From an uncultured Candidatus Saccharibacteria bacterium (GTDB taxonomy: Bacteria > Patescibacteriota > UBA1384 > DTJR01): a stretch of 64,000 nucleotides of DNA. The DNA lies in NCBI GenBank assembly GCA_964487045.1, contig CAZAOT010000002.1, positions 123,740 through 187,739 of the forward strand, written 5' to 3'. Both the position numbers and the translations under genes were made by a program. The notes beneath the pieces were generated by a model. That model was not told the origin of the DNA. It ran no database searches and saw only the letters and a program-made list of their open reading frames with translations. Below, one piece after another: positions 36,262-46,846 of this stretch; the first letter of the stretch is position 1; the number at the start of each line of letters is the position of its first letter.

Positions 36262-37038
36262 ATGATCAATACAACAAAAAGCTTCTGGAAAATCACTCAA
36301 AACGAACGATACACTAAGATTCCAAATAGTAAGTTAATTTTTTTTCTTAGAGATTGCATTGTTTTTAGTTCGTTACAACACGAAATTTTCTTAAAAATAC
36401 TACCTAAGTATATAAGAAAGAAAGATCGCGTATTAGAAATCGGATCAGGGCCGGGAAGAAATTTAGTAATAATAAATAAAATGATTGGTAGCAGGGTTTT
36501 CGGTATCGAAAATAATCCTTCTAGGTACAATGAAAATCTTCGCATATTTAAAGAGAACAATATTCCGACTAGCCGCATCTTCAATGAAGATTTTGAAAAA
36601 TATCACACTAAGGATAAATATGATGTCGTTTTTTCGTCTGGATTTATTGAACATTTTTCCAATCCAGCAGATATCATTATCAAACAGCTTAAACTAGTTA
36701 AAAATGGGGGGATTTTGATTTGTCTAATCCCAAACTTTACTGGCTTAAATTATCAAATCCAAGACAAGATCGACAAAAAGATTCTAGAAAAACACAATAC
36801 AGCGATTATGAATCTTGAAAAATTTAAAAACTTATTCAAAGATCTAGAAGATCTCTACTGCGGATACTGCGGATTCTTCTCATTTCGAATATTCTCCAAA
36901 TATTACGAAGGCAAAATTACCAGTTACAAAATTTTTAAACCAATTCAGGTTTTATTAAATATAACTATTATTCCATTCATCTGCCTATTTTATTCGAGAA
37001 AAATCAAAACTAGTCCATATCTTATATATAGGGAGTAA
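36262..37038 (+). CDS. Class I SAM-dependent methyltransferase
   Basis: VLEIGSGPG, YDVVFS.GFIEHF and GG..I..IPN motifs. Confidence 0.9.
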   Translation: MINTTKSFWKITQNERYTKIPNSKLIFFLRDCIVFSSLQHEIFLKILPKYIRKKDRVLEIGSGPGRNLVIINKMIGSRVFGIENNPSRYNENLRIFKENNIPTSRIFNEDFEKYHTKDKYDVVFSSGFIEHFSNPADIIIKQLKLVKNGGILICLIPNFTGLNYQIQDKIDKKILEKHNTAIMNLEKFKNLFKDLEDLYCGYCGFFSFRIFSKYYEGKITSYKIFKPIQVLLNITIIPFICLFYSRKIKTSPYLIYRE

Positions 37039-37046
37039 AAAATAAA

Positions 37047-37844
37047 TTACTCTCGCTCGAACTTTTTGCTCTTAAAATCCTTCCTATGTATCCTATTCGC
37101 CTCCCAGGAGGCTTTCTGCATCACAGGATTTATCTTAACCTGATTCATTGAGGTAATAAGAGCATTTAAATCCTTAGGGAAACAACTTCCGGAAAAACCG
37201 CCCTCGTCACTAACCATCGTATGAGATTTACCGATCCTATTATCGAGCAGCCAGACTTTTCTAAAATCTTCATAGTCAATACCAGTTTGATCACAAAAAG
37301 CCTTGACCTCGTTACAAAAGCTCACTTTCGCACAAAGAAAGGCATTGGTAGTAATTTTAGTGAGCTCGACAATTTCATAGCTGGTGACTACAAACTTAAC
37401 ACTCTGCGGATACAAATTTTTGAACACCCTCTTCACAGCTAGACAATCAGATTTATTTCCTCCAAGTATCACACGATCAGCATTTTTCATATCTGCATTA
37501 GCAGTTTTTTCTCTTAAAAATTCGGGATTAAAAACTATTTTATGCTTGTATCTTCTACTCATCTTAGTGCAAAAACCTGGCTGAACTGTCGACTTTATTA
37601 CCACAATCTTCCCTGGTTCTATCCATTTAAGACATTCTTCGATTGCGGAGTAGTTATAGTTTTTAGTCTTCCAGTCAAAAGGTGTCGGTACACATAGAAA
37701 AACTATATCTGCATTATTAACTTCTTGTTTAGTACCTGGCAATCCTTTACCCGGATCATACAAAATAACTGGATATCTATTTTTTAATAATGAGTGGAGT
37801 GCCCCTCCCACGAAACCAACTCCAACTATCGCGATTTTAATCAT
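37047..37844 (-). CDS. Short UDP-glucose/GDP-mannose dehydrogenase family protein
   Basis: GVGFVG, CVPTP, IKSTV.PG, FNPEFLRE and GFSGSCFPKD motifs. Lacks the usual C-terminal domain. Confidence 0.88.
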   Translation of the reverse strand: MIKIAIVGVGFVGGALHSLLKNRYPVILYDPGKGLPGTKQEVNNADIVFLCVPTPFDWKTKNYNYSAIEECLKWIEPGKIVVIKSTVQPGFCTKMSRRYKHKIVFNPEFLREKTANADMKNADRVILGGNKSDCLAVKRVFKNLYPQSVKFVVTSYEIVELTKITTNAFLCAKVSFCNEVKAFCDQTGIDYEDFRKVWLLDNRIGKSHTMVSDEGGFSGSCFPKDLNALITSMNQVKINPVMQKASWEANRIHRKDFKSKKFERE

Positions 37845-38532
37845 TTTTCTTTAACACAATTAATGCCTCATATTTTTTGAAGAAAATATTTGTAAAAAAT
37901 GAAGTTCGAGATTGTTTGCATTCAAATTTTAATACTTCCATCCCCATAAATAAATCTTGGATATTTTTACGAGAAAAATAGTTTACCAGTGGCGCACCGA
38001 TATTATTCCAATACCCAAAGAAACTTACTCGCTTTTTAAATATTAATCCAACAAATCTCTTGATAAAAAATAATGTTTTATTTAGAAATAACGGCTCAAA
38101 AAGTGGCTCGGATATCACAATGATCCCACCTCTTTTTAGTAAATGCTGGCAATTATTGATTGCATTTTGAGATAATCGAATTGAGCTAGACGGTGATTTT
38201 TCAACAAGATGATGCAATACCCTCGAGAGCACTACGGCATCAAATCTATGCATTATCTTTTTTATGATATTAGTATCCAAAATTGAGCAGTAAAATATTT
38301 TGCCTTTAAATAACTTTGGAATAACTTTACTGTAGACACTCGCCTCCTCAATCCCAAAAACATCAATTCTATTATGAAATTTTTTGTATATAAGGTTTAT
38401 CCCACTTGCATCACCCGACCCTATGTCAACAATTTTTGCGACTTTATTCTTTTTTAATTCATTAATTATCGCCGGATAATTATCAAGTGAGTAGTTAGGG
38501 AGATATTTATCAAAATATTTTTTCGAATCCAT
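37837..38532 (-). CDS. Class I SAM-dependent methyltransferase
   Basis: IVDIGSG, FDAV..VLHHL and LKRGG...I.EP motifs. Confidence 0.85.
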   Translation of the reverse strand: MDSKKYFDKYLPNYSLDNYPAIINELKKNKVAKIVDIGSGDASGINLIYKKFHNRIDVFGIEEASVYSKVIPKLFKGKIFYCSILDTNIIKKIMHRFDAVVLSRVLHHLVEKSPSSSIRLSQNAINNCQHLLKRGGIIVISEPLFEPLFLNKTLFFIKRFVGLIFKKRVSFFGYWNNIGAPLVNYFSRKNIQDLFMGMEVLKFECKQSRTSFFTNIFFKKYEALIVLKKND

Positions 38533-38609
38533 ACCATCAGTTAAGCATTTAATAAAACTAAATTAAAGACTTTTTTAACAATAATCATTCTGTTAGGATT
38601 TCAATAAAT

Positions 38610-39677
38610 ATGAATAGAAAAATTAAAGTTATTGAATTTGCTCCCAGTATGTTGATAGGAGGCGCTGAAAACGTAGCAAAATCGATATGCCAAAATATAG
38701 ATCGACAAAAATTTGATGTAAAGCTAGTCACAATGTATTCAATGAAAGAAGGAGATTGGCCTAAGAATATTGCTCGAACAAGCATGAACAAGAAAAGAAG
38801 GGGGGTTAGCCTAAAAATATTTGTTGATCTAATCAAACTCCTAAAAAAAGAAAAGCCATGCATAATACATGTCCATTACCATTTTTCTCTCTTCTATTTA
38901 ATCCCAGCTAATTTGCTAAGCTCGAGGGCTCAGATAGTGCAAACGATCCATAATAATCTAGATCATTACAATGGACAGAAGATTTGGAAATGGATATTTA
39001 CAATATTCGGAATATGGACTGTAAATCTCTCCCCTAGCCTCAACTTACTTCTACAAAAAAGAAAAAGAAATTTTAACATTGCAAATGGAATTAAAGTAAG
39101 CAGTTTTAAATTAAAAGACAAAAAACCGGGCATAAATAATAAATTCCTATTTATTGGAAGATTAGAGCCTCAAAAAGATCCATTTCTAGCGATTAATATT
39201 TTTAAGCAATTACATAATTACAACAAAAATTTTAAATTTAATATAGTTGGCACAGGCTCGCTAGAAGAAGAAATAAGACAGAAAATAAAAGAATCAAACG
39301 TAAGCTATATAAATTTTGTTAATGAGAAAGTTGATCCTTTAGATTATTTCAAAACGAATGATTACTTAATTCTTAGCTCATGCTGGGAGGGAATGCCCCT
39401 GACTGTTATTGAAGCAATGGCAGCAAACATGATAATTTTTGCAAAACCAGTAGGTGCAGTTCAAGATCTTATAATTGACAAAGAAAACGGCTTTTTGCTA
39501 AATCGCAACTCGCCAAAGAGCAACGCTAAGCTTATTGTCAATCATATTAAAAAATCCGATCTTAAAAAAGTTGCTCAAAATGCGAAGTTAACAAGCGAAC
39601 GCTTCACTGATAAAATAATGACCGAAAAATACGAAGAACTATTTGAAAAAATAGCTAAAATGAAGAGCGACAAATGA
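38610..39677 (+). CDS. Glycosyltransferase, GT4
   Basis: GGAE, IGRLEPQKD and EGMPLTVIEAMA motifs. Confidence 0.93.
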   Translation: MNRKIKVIEFAPSMLIGGAENVAKSICQNIDRQKFDVKLVTMYSMKEGDWPKNIARTSMNKKRRGVSLKIFVDLIKLLKKEKPCIIHVHYHFSLFYLIPANLLSSRAQIVQTIHNNLDHYNGQKIWKWIFTIFGIWTVNLSPSLNLLLQKRKRNFNIANGIKVSSFKLKDKKPGINNKFLFIGRLEPQKDPFLAINIFKQLHNYNKNFKFNIVGTGSLEEEIRQKIKESNVSYINFVNEKVDPLDYFKTNDYLILSSCWEGMPLTVIEAMAANMIIFAKPVGAVQDLIIDKENGFLLNRNSPKSNAKLIVNHIKKSDLKKVAQNAKLTSERFTDKIMTEKYEELFEKIAKMKSDK

Positions 39678-39701
39678 ATGCGCATATGATAATCTTTAGT
39701 T

Positions 39702-40946
39702 ATGGAGGAACCATTATTTGATTTGAGCAAGATTAAGCTACCCACCTACTTTTTTATTCTCTATATACTTCTAATTCCCTTTGAATCAATAATGGCTACT
39801 CGTATATTTGTAATGGTTTCCTACGCGACCATCAGCGCCCTAATCACCAGCCTATTCGTGTTAATATATATCGTCTCTAGGCCTAATCTGCTTAAACTCA
39901 CAAAGACAGCTTTCCCGTGGGTAGCTTTTTTCCTTTGGTCGGCGCTATCAATTGTCTGGTCAATCGATAGCGGTAGGTCAATCTATGATTTTATTTATAT
40001 TTCAAAACATGTTTCCTTTCTCATCCTTATCAGCTCCTATCCATTTGATTATTCGGAAAAAAGAATTATTCGACACGCAATTATACTTTCAGGAATACTT
40101 CTTGCCTCTACTGTATTTTTTACGACTTTTCAGATAAAAGGGATCACAACTCTGGTTAGAGCAACTATTGCCAATGGATATTATAAGGCTGATCCAAACC
40201 ATATCGCTAGCACCCTTCTTCTGCCAATGAGTTTCTTGATAGTAGATTTCGTCGAAAATAAAAAATTCAGTATCCTCAATTTTTTCGCAGCCATAATCCT
40301 TTTCGCAACAATAGTCTATACCGGCTCCAGAGGATCATTTATTGCCCTGGCAGTGATGGTTATATATTTCATTGTTGTTTACAGCAAGCAAAAGCATCCC
40401 AAGAAAGTAATATTATCTCTGGTATTCACCCTCTCAATCATCTCTCTTGTAATTTCCCTATCAAACCCAGATCTGTTCTCCCGATTTGCTAAAATTTCCA
40501 CCCTTGATAGATATAGTGCTCATCGAACCGAAATTTGGAGAAAGTCATTTCAATTCATTAGAGAAAAACCGCTAGCCGGTTACGGATTCGGTACATTCAA
40601 AATTTTACCTGGAATGGAGATAAAATATAAAACTGCTCACAACAATTTTATTCAAGCATTTGCAGAAGGTGGTGGTGTTGGATTTTTGTTAATGATTACC
40701 GCTTATATTCCGATCCTAGCATTAAGACCCAAAAACCAATTTGATAGAGCAGCAAAGACTGGTGTAATAGGAATTGCCATAACAAGCTTATTCTTATACA
40801 CCCTGAATTATGACTATTTTTGGCTGTCAATTATTATTGCCGAAATTGCAAACAGGACAAGTCCTTCAACTCAGATACAAAATCATAAAAATTCTAACGA
40901 AATTAGCTCTAGCCCTAAACTGAAACAGATTACTGATATTAGCTAA
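39702..40946 (+). CDS. O-antigen ligase/Wzy_C family membrane protein (ligase, polymerase or O-oligosaccharyltransferase)
   Basis: Multi-TM. DPN, TGSRG, R..IW, P..GYGFG and AHN....E.G..G motifs. Confidence 0.88.
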   Translation: MEEPLFDLSKIKLPTYFFILYILLIPFESIMATRIFVMVSYATISALITSLFVLIYIVSRPNLLKLTKTAFPWVAFFLWSALSIVWSIDSGRSIYDFIYISKHVSFLILISSYPFDYSEKRIIRHAIILSGILLASTVFFTTFQIKGITTLVRATIANGYYKADPNHIASTLLLPMSFLIVDFVENKKFSILNFFAAIILFATIVYTGSRGSFIALAVMVIYFIVVYSKQKHPKKVILSLVFTLSIISLVISLSNPDLFSRFAKISTLDRYSAHRTEIWRKSFQFIREKPLAGYGFGTFKILPGMEIKYKTAHNNFIQAFAEGGGVGFLLMITAYIPILALRPKNQFDRAAKTGVIGIAITSLFLYTLNYDYFWLSIIIAEIANRTSPSTQIQNHKNSNEISSSPKLKQITDIS

Positions 40947-40956
40947 GAATATTAGT

Positions 40957-42024
40957 TTACAAATAGATTCTCTTATTTAGCTTAGATGATTTATATATTG
41001 CAAGAACTAGTTTTAGAGATACCCTTCCTTCTGCACCATCCACAAACGACTTGCTACCTTTAGTAAGTACATCAATCACATTTTTATAAAAATCATAATG
41101 ACCCATTCCATAAACATCGGCAATTTCATAACCAAAATTAACTAAAGCTCCATCTCCTTTTCTTTTTTCATCAAACTCCCATCTTTCTATTTTATTCAGT
41201 GCAGAACCTCCGATTTTTGCCACGCCTTTTTCTCCAAAAATAGTTATTGATCCTTCTAAATTTTCTGGATAAGCAAGAACAGTGACATTGAGCGAACCAA
41301 CAGCTCCAGACTTGAATTCAATTGCTGCAAACCCGGTATCTTCTGACTCGATCTTTCTCGCTAATTTTGACGAGTGAGCCAACACAGACTTTGCTGGACC
41401 AACCAACCAAGCCATGGCGTCGATGTAATGGATTGCTTGATTCATAAAGACGCCACCGTCTAATTCTTTAGTTCCACGCCAGCCGTCCTGATCATAGTAC
41501 TCTTGCGGCCTAAACCATAAGACGTTAGCAATAATTAAATATATTTTTCCGAATCTCTTCTGCTCAATCGCATTTTTAAGATGAATTATTGTCTGATTAA
41601 GACGATTCTGTTTCACGACGAAAAGCTTTACTTTTGCTTTTTTACAAGTTTCAATTAGCTTGTCAGCCGATTTTAGATCTATAGCCATTGGCTTCTCAGT
41701 TAAAACATTTATCCCCATCCTTGCTGCTTTAATTCCATGTTTCGGATGCAATCCACTTGGTGTACAAATCGACAGAATATTAATTTTCTCATTTTTTAGC
41801 ATCTCTTCTAAGTCCGAATAAACACTAGGTATATCAATCTCGCTGTTACCTTTGCCAATCTTTACTAATTTCGAATACTCTCTGGCTCTATTTTGTGCTC
41901 GCTTAATATCAATATCACACAAACATACAAGTTCCGCCTCATCACAAAGATTCGCCAAAACTTTAATGTGTTTTGCCGAAATTCTTCCGCACCCAATAAG
42001 TCCAAATTTAATTCTTTTTTTCAT
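40957..42024 (-). CDS. Gfo/Idh/MocA oxidoreductase, WbpB/WlbA-like
   Basis: GCGRI, CTPSGLH, EKPMA, VVKQNR and DGGVFMNQAIH motifs. Confidence 0.9.
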   Translation of the reverse strand: MKKRIKFGLIGCGRISAKHIKVLANLCDEAELVCLCDIDIKRAQNRAREYSKLVKIGKGNSEIDIPSVYSDLEEMLKNEKINILSICTPSGLHPKHGIKAARMGINVLTEKPMAIDLKSADKLIETCKKAKVKLFVVKQNRLNQTIIHLKNAIEQKRFGKIYLIIANVLWFRPQEYYDQDGWRGTKELDGGVFMNQAIHYIDAMAWLVGPAKSVLAHSSKLARKIESEDTGFAAIEFKSGAVGSLNVTVLAYPENLEGSITIFGEKGVAKIGGSALNKIERWEFDEKRKGDGALVNFGYEIADVYGMGHYDFYKNVIDVLTKGSKSFVDGAEGRVSLKLVLAIYKSSKLNKRIYL

Positions 42025-42601
42025 CTTGAATAGCTTGCTTTATCTTGTTTAGATTTTTTATATAGATCTTACTACAGGTTTCACAAACTGCTTTTTGTTT
42101 TTTAAAATTTAGCTTCAAACCACATTCGCAAACCCATCCAGTTTGTCTAGCCGGATTTCCTATAACTAATGCAAAATCACTTACATCTCTAGTCACAACC
42201 GACCCAGCCCCCACGAATGCATACTTACCAATTTCGTGACCACAAACTATTGTTGCATTTGCTCCAATTGATGCCCCGGTTCTTACCAAAGTATTTTTAA
42301 ATTGTGACTTTCTGTTAATCTGACTACGAGGATTGATCACATTGGTGAAAACAACTGACGGGCCAATAAACACATAATCTTCGCAAACAACACCGGTATA
42401 GAGCGAAACATTATTCTGAACTTTTACCCCGTCACCGATAATCACTTTTTCCCCAATAAAAACGTTTTGTCCTATATTGCAATTTTTTCCTATTTGAGCT
42501 GATTTCATTACATGGCAAAAATACCAAATGTTTGTGCCCTCCCCGATAGAGCAAGGCTTTTCCACATAGCTGCTTTTATGAACAAAATAATTTTTAGCCA
42601 T
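42008..42601 (-). CDS. Hexapeptide N-acetyltransferase, WbpD/WlbB-like
   Basis: NIGQNV, KVQNNVS, VFTNVINPRS, GANATIVCG and GWVCECG motifs. Confidence 0.92.
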   Translation of the reverse strand: MAKNYFVHKSSYVEKPCSIGEGTNIWYFCHVMKSAQIGKNCNIGQNVFIGEKVIIGDGVKVQNNVSLYTGVVCEDYVFIGPSVVFTNVINPRSQINRKSQFKNTLVRTGASIGANATIVCGHEIGKYAFVGAGSVVTRDVSDFALVIGNPARQTGWVCECGLKLNFKKQKAVCETCSKIYIKNLNKIKQAIQDEKKN

Positions 42602-43772
42602 TTTTTATGAATTCCTGAATGCTCTTAACAATATATCTTTTCTCATCAACTGTAAGCTCAGGATAAACTGGGATTGATAAATTCTGAAGCGCTAGACTTT
42701 CTGCAATCGGAAAGTCCCCTTTTTTATAGCCAAATTTCTTCATAGCAGGCTGAAGATGAAGTGGAACTGGATAGTATATCCCAGACTGAATTCCTCTTTC
42801 TTCTAAATAATGCTTCAACTGATCACGTTTTTCACAAACCAATATGTAATGATGAAAAACTGATTTGTTACCTTCGGTAACTTGCGGGAGTTTTAAATTA
42901 CTATTCCTCAAGGATGAACTATAAAATTTTGCATTATTAATCCTCTGCGCATTCCATTTGTCAACCTTCTTTAACTTAACTAATAAGATTGCGGCCTGAA
43001 TTTCATCTAGTCTTGAATTATAACCAATCAAAAAATTATTGTACTTGTCAATTTTTTTCGCTTTATAGACTCTTCTACTAGTCCCTTTCCATAAGCCACA
43101 ATTAGCTGCTTCTTTGCCACCGCCATGCGACCTAAGCGCTCTAATCGAAAGAGCAATCTTAGAATTATTCGTAGTAACAATTCCGCCATCTCCATATGCC
43201 CCCAGGTTCTTAGTAGGAAAAAAAGAAAAACACCCAACGTCGCCTATTGAACCTAACATTTTGTCATTAAATTTTGCGCCAAAACTTTGGCACGCATCCT
43301 CTATCACGAATAAACTGTGCTTGCGTGCTAGACGGATAATCTTTGTCATATTAGAACTCTGGCCGTACAAATGAACTGGAATTATTGCTTTAGTTTTTTT
43401 GGTGATTTTAATCTGGATCTTGTTACAATCTATGGTGTATGAGTCTGGATCAATATCCACGAACACAGGTCTAGCTCCAACTGCAACTATAGCTTCAGCT
43501 GTAGCAAAAAAACTCATCGCGCAAGTGATCACTTCATCCCCAGCGCCTACTTCGCAAGCCCTGAGAGCCATGACAAGTGCACTAGTGCCACTGCTGCAAG
43601 AAACAGCACTTGATACACCGATATACTTAGCAACCTCTCTTTCAAGCCTAATAACACTATCCCCCATTATAAAATCACCACTTTCCAACACTTCGAGAAT
43701 AGATTTATTTATCTCTTGCTTAATATTGTGGTATTGTTTTTTCAGATTTACAAAGGGGATACTTTTATTCAT
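42594..43772 (-). CDS. DegT/DnrJ/EryC1/StrS aminotransferase, WbpE/WlbC-like
   Basis: PVHLYGQ, EDACQ, SFFPTKNLGAYGDGG and NSRLDEIQAA motifs. Confidence 0.93.
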   Translation of the reverse strand: MNKSIPFVNLKKQYHNIKQEINKSILEVLESGDFIMGDSVIRLEREVAKYIGVSSAVSCSSGTSALVMALRACEVGAGDEVITCAMSFFATAEAIVAVGARPVFVDIDPDSYTIDCNKIQIKITKKTKAIIPVHLYGQSSNMTKIIRLARKHSLFVIEDACQSFGAKFNDKMLGSIGDVGCFSFFPTKNLGAYGDGGIVTTNNSKIALSIRALRSHGGGKEAANCGLWKGTSRRVYKAKKIDKYNNFLIGYNSRLDEIQAAILLVKLKKVDKWNAQRINNAKFYSSSLRNSNLKLPQVTEGNKSVFHHYILVCEKRDQLKHYLEERGIQSGIYYPVPLHLQPAMKKFGYKKGDFPIAESLALQNLSIPVYPELTVDEKRYIVKSIQEFIKNG

Positions 43773-43857
43773 AAATTTAACTTAAGGCTTTGGTTTTCAA
43801 CCATATACTAAACTAAATATTCTGCTTTTACCATTGGCTGGAATATATGGCAAGTTT

Positions 43858-44994
43858 ATGAAATTATTATTCGTCACAATAGAAGCACCCTGGGGACATA
43901 GAGAGTCTTTCATTAAGACGGAATTATTAAATATATTACGAGATAGTGAGAACGTGATTGTCTTCCCCTTAAGGCCAGGGCACAAATTACCTAATAGTGA
44001 ACTCAATGCTTACTCCGTAGGAGTTATCAAGCTAAAAGATATCGCCACGGTCCTTAAGCAATTCGTGCTCAAATTAAATAAAATAATAAAAGTTTTACTA
44101 ATCTTAAGTAAATCACAAAAACTAAAACGCTTTTTGTATACATTATTTTTTATGCCCCGCATTCTTCTAATGACTAGCCTAATCGAAAAAAATAAAATTT
44201 CTCATATACATGCATATTGGGGAAGCACTCCCGCTACTTGTGCACTAGTTGCTTCGGAGCTTACTGGTGCAAAATTCAGCTTTACGATTCACAGAGCAGA
44301 TATCGAGGTTGATGACGCCCTTAAACTAAAATCGGATAAAGCCAGATTTATAAGGAGCGTTTCTATTTGGGGCAGAAATAAAGCTATAAGCTTGGGGGTA
44401 AGTGCAGAAAAAATAAAGGTTTTGCATCTTGGAGTAGATATCCCGAAGGCTTTACCACCTAGAAATAAGAAGAGAATTATTAGGATCGTTTGTACGGCAA
44501 GCCTAACTAAAGAAAAAATGCATAGCAACCTTATACGAAGTATTTCAAAGCTAAGAAACGTGTCCCTAACTCTTATCGGAGAAGGACCAAAGCGAAATGA
44601 GATAATCAAACAAATACAAAAACTTGGTATCGCAAATAAGGTGAAACTACTTGGGCAGTTTGATTCAGAAGAAATTTTTAATTTGTACCGCAAAAGATCG
44701 TTCGACTTATTTATTCTAGCAAGTTCGATCGAAGGAATTCCGGTTAGCGCCATCGAAGCGATGGCATATTCAATACCAGTAGCAACTACTAAAGTCGGTG
44801 GTACACTAGAGCTTGTCAATAAAGAGTCTGGATATATCTTGAAATCAGACTTAAGTAACATCAAGGATGTCTTATCTGAAATACCCCGGAAAAATAAAAT
44901 ATCTAAAGCGAGAAAAATAGTGGCCTCTGACTTTAATTCTTCAATCAATTCAAAAAAATTATTTAATTTACTAACACTTGACACAGATGCTTAA
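43858..44994 (+). CDS. Glycosyltransferase, GT4
   Basis: HIHAYW, FTIH.AD and EGIPVSAIEAMA motifs. Start taken at ATG 43858. Confidence 0.9.
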   Translation: MKLLFVTIEAPWGHRESFIKTELLNILRDSENVIVFPLRPGHKLPNSELNAYSVGVIKLKDIATVLKQFVLKLNKIIKVLLILSKSQKLKRFLYTLFFMPRILLMTSLIEKNKISHIHAYWGSTPATCALVASELTGAKFSFTIHRADIEVDDALKLKSDKARFIRSVSIWGRNKAISLGVSAEKIKVLHLGVDIPKALPPRNKKRIIRIVCTASLTKEKMHSNLIRSISKLRNVSLTLIGEGPKRNEIIKQIQKLGIANKVKLLGQFDSEEIFNLYRKRSFDLFILASSIEGIPVSAIEAMAYSIPVATTKVGGTLELVNKESGYILKSDLSNIKDVLSEIPRKNKISKARKIVASDFNSSINSKKLFNLLTLDTDA

Positions 44995-46204
44995 AACAAA
45001 ACAAATCTGGATAGTAAACCAACATGCCGTCCTGCATGATTCGTTTGGGAGTACAAGGCATCTTGATTTATGCCAAGGGGTTAGCAATTCCAAATATCAC
45101 TTTACAATCATTAGCTCGAGCTTCAATCATTTTGAAAAAGTTGAAAAAGCAAGCTCGGAACCTATTAAAATTGAAAAAATAAACAAAAATATTGATTTCG
45201 TATGGATCAAAACATCCCCGTATAAAACAAATGGAATAAAGAGACTTATAAATGCTTATGTTTTCTCCAAGAAATTAAAATTACTCAGTAACTTGATAGA
45301 GAAACCCGATTTGATAATTGGCTCCTCCCCACAACTTCTCAGCAGCTACGAATCTCTAAAAATAGCCAGAAAATTTAAAATTCCATTTATTTTTGAAGTT
45401 AGAGATATTTGGCCAGATTCCTTAATTGACTTAGGGATGAATCGCGCAAACCCGCTAGTAAGATATTTTAGGTTATTGGAAAAAAGACTGATGGCACAAA
45501 GTGATAAAATCATCGCAATTATGCCGAAGTTAAATATCTATGCCTTAAATAGATTTAAAATCCCTAGAGATAAAATTGTCTGGATCTCAAATGGCGTAAA
45601 AGATGAGTCGATCAACACTCATATTTGTAATATTAAGAGAAAAAAATTCATAGTCACATACTCTGGAACAATCGGAAAAATGCAAGACACAGAATCGATC
45701 ATTAATGCAGCCAATGATTTACGAGATTATCCAGAAATTTTGTTTCATATTATTGGCGATGGGGTAGAAAAAGATAAATGTATAAAATTAGTAAAAGATT
45801 TGAAGTTAAACAATAAAGTAAAATTTTTCGAACCAATAATGAAGAGTAGACTTATATACAGATTAAGAGAGTCAGATTTGTTAATTTTGGCACTTAAGAA
45901 CCCTTCGGTTTATAATTATGGCTGTCAGCCAAACAAGATGTTTGATTATCTTGCAGCGGGTCGACCGATCATATGCTCCTCGTCATCAGCGAATAATCCA
46001 CTTAGTAGAGCATCCTGCGGAGTCAATATCAAATCAGGATCAAGCGAAAATTTAGCCAAAGCAATATTAAAAATATATCGGTCTACAGATAAAGAAAAAA
46101 AACAAATGTCAAGAAACGCAATTAATTTTGTTTATAAAAATTACAGAATTAGTCTGTTAAGCTTAAAACTAAAAAAAATATTGGACGACGCTCTTGAAAC
46201 ATAA
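44987..46204 (+). CDS. Glycosyltransferase, GT4 WbuB-like
   Basis: SSPQL, FEVRDIWP and PNKMFDYLAAGRP motifs. Confidence 0.92.
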   Translation: MLKTKQIWIVNQHAVLHDSFGSTRHLDLCQGVSNSKYHFTIISSSFNHFEKVEKASSEPIKIEKINKNIDFVWIKTSPYKTNGIKRLINAYVFSKKLKLLSNLIEKPDLIIGSSPQLLSSYESLKIARKFKIPFIFEVRDIWPDSLIDLGMNRANPLVRYFRLLEKRLMAQSDKIIAIMPKLNIYALNRFKIPRDKIVWISNGVKDESINTHICNIKRKKFIVTYSGTIGKMQDTESIINAANDLRDYPEILFHIIGDGVEKDKCIKLVKDLKLNNKVKFFEPIMKSRLIYRLRESDLLILALKNPSVYNYGCQPNKMFDYLAAGRPIICSSSSANNPLSRASCGVNIKSGSSENLAKAILKIYRSTDKEKKQMSRNAINFVYKNYRISLLSLKLKKILDDALET

Positions 46205-46817
46205 ATTCTATCAAAATTATGGCAAACCATTTTTGGACTATTTCTTCGCTATTATTTTGCTTATCCTATTTATTCCATTTTTTATTTTAATTGCCCTTGC
46301 AATTTCAATTATCGATCGCAGTCCAGTGTTCTTCAGGCAAGATAGAATCGGTAAAGATATGGAAAAATTCGAAATTTATAAATTTAAAACCATGGACGAT
46401 TCACGCGGACCGCTATTAACTTTTGACAATGATCCAAGGGTCACAAAAATAGGTGGTTGGTTAAGAAAATACAAAATCGATGAATTGGCACAATTAATCA
46501 ACATCCTAAAAGGTGAAATGAGTTTTATAGGACCTAGACCAGAAGCTGCCATCATTGCTCAAAAGCATTTCAAGGTAGACTCGTTAATTTACACTGTAAA
46601 ACCTGGAATAACAGGGCTTAGCTCAATAAACTTTTTCGATGAATGCAAGCTTATCCCAAATAACAGAAAGTTAGTATATAAGACTTATTTTAATAAAATA
46701 CTTCCCCAAAAAGTCAGCCTGGATCTAAGATATATTAAAGAAATGAGTCTTTCTAAAGACCTCGCAATAGCTTTAAAAACAGTTGCCATTATCTCTCGCA
46801 CTATTTTAAACATATAG
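46194..46817 (+). CDS. Initiating phosphoglycosyltransferase (bacterial sugar transferase)
   Basis: YKFKTM, DPRVT, LRK.KIDEL.QL.N.LKGEMSFIGPRP and KPGITG motifs. Confidence 0.95.
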   Translation: MKHKFYQNYGKPFLDYFFAIILLILFIPFFILIALAISIIDRSPVFFRQDRIGKDMEKFEIYKFKTMDDSRGPLLTFDNDPRVTKIGGWLRKYKIDELAQLINILKGEMSFIGPRPEAAIIAQKHFKVDSLIYTVKPGITGLSSINFFDECKLIPNNRKLVYKTYFNKILPQKVSLDLRYIKEMSLSKDLAIALKTVAIISRTILNI

Positions 46818-46846
46818 TTTTTGATAAACTTGTTTAGAGGGGTAAT

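Noticed and set aside
44289-44984. 231-aa minus-strand ORF
   Set aside because: Fully antisense to a GT4 gene with clear motifs, and has no recognisable features of its own.
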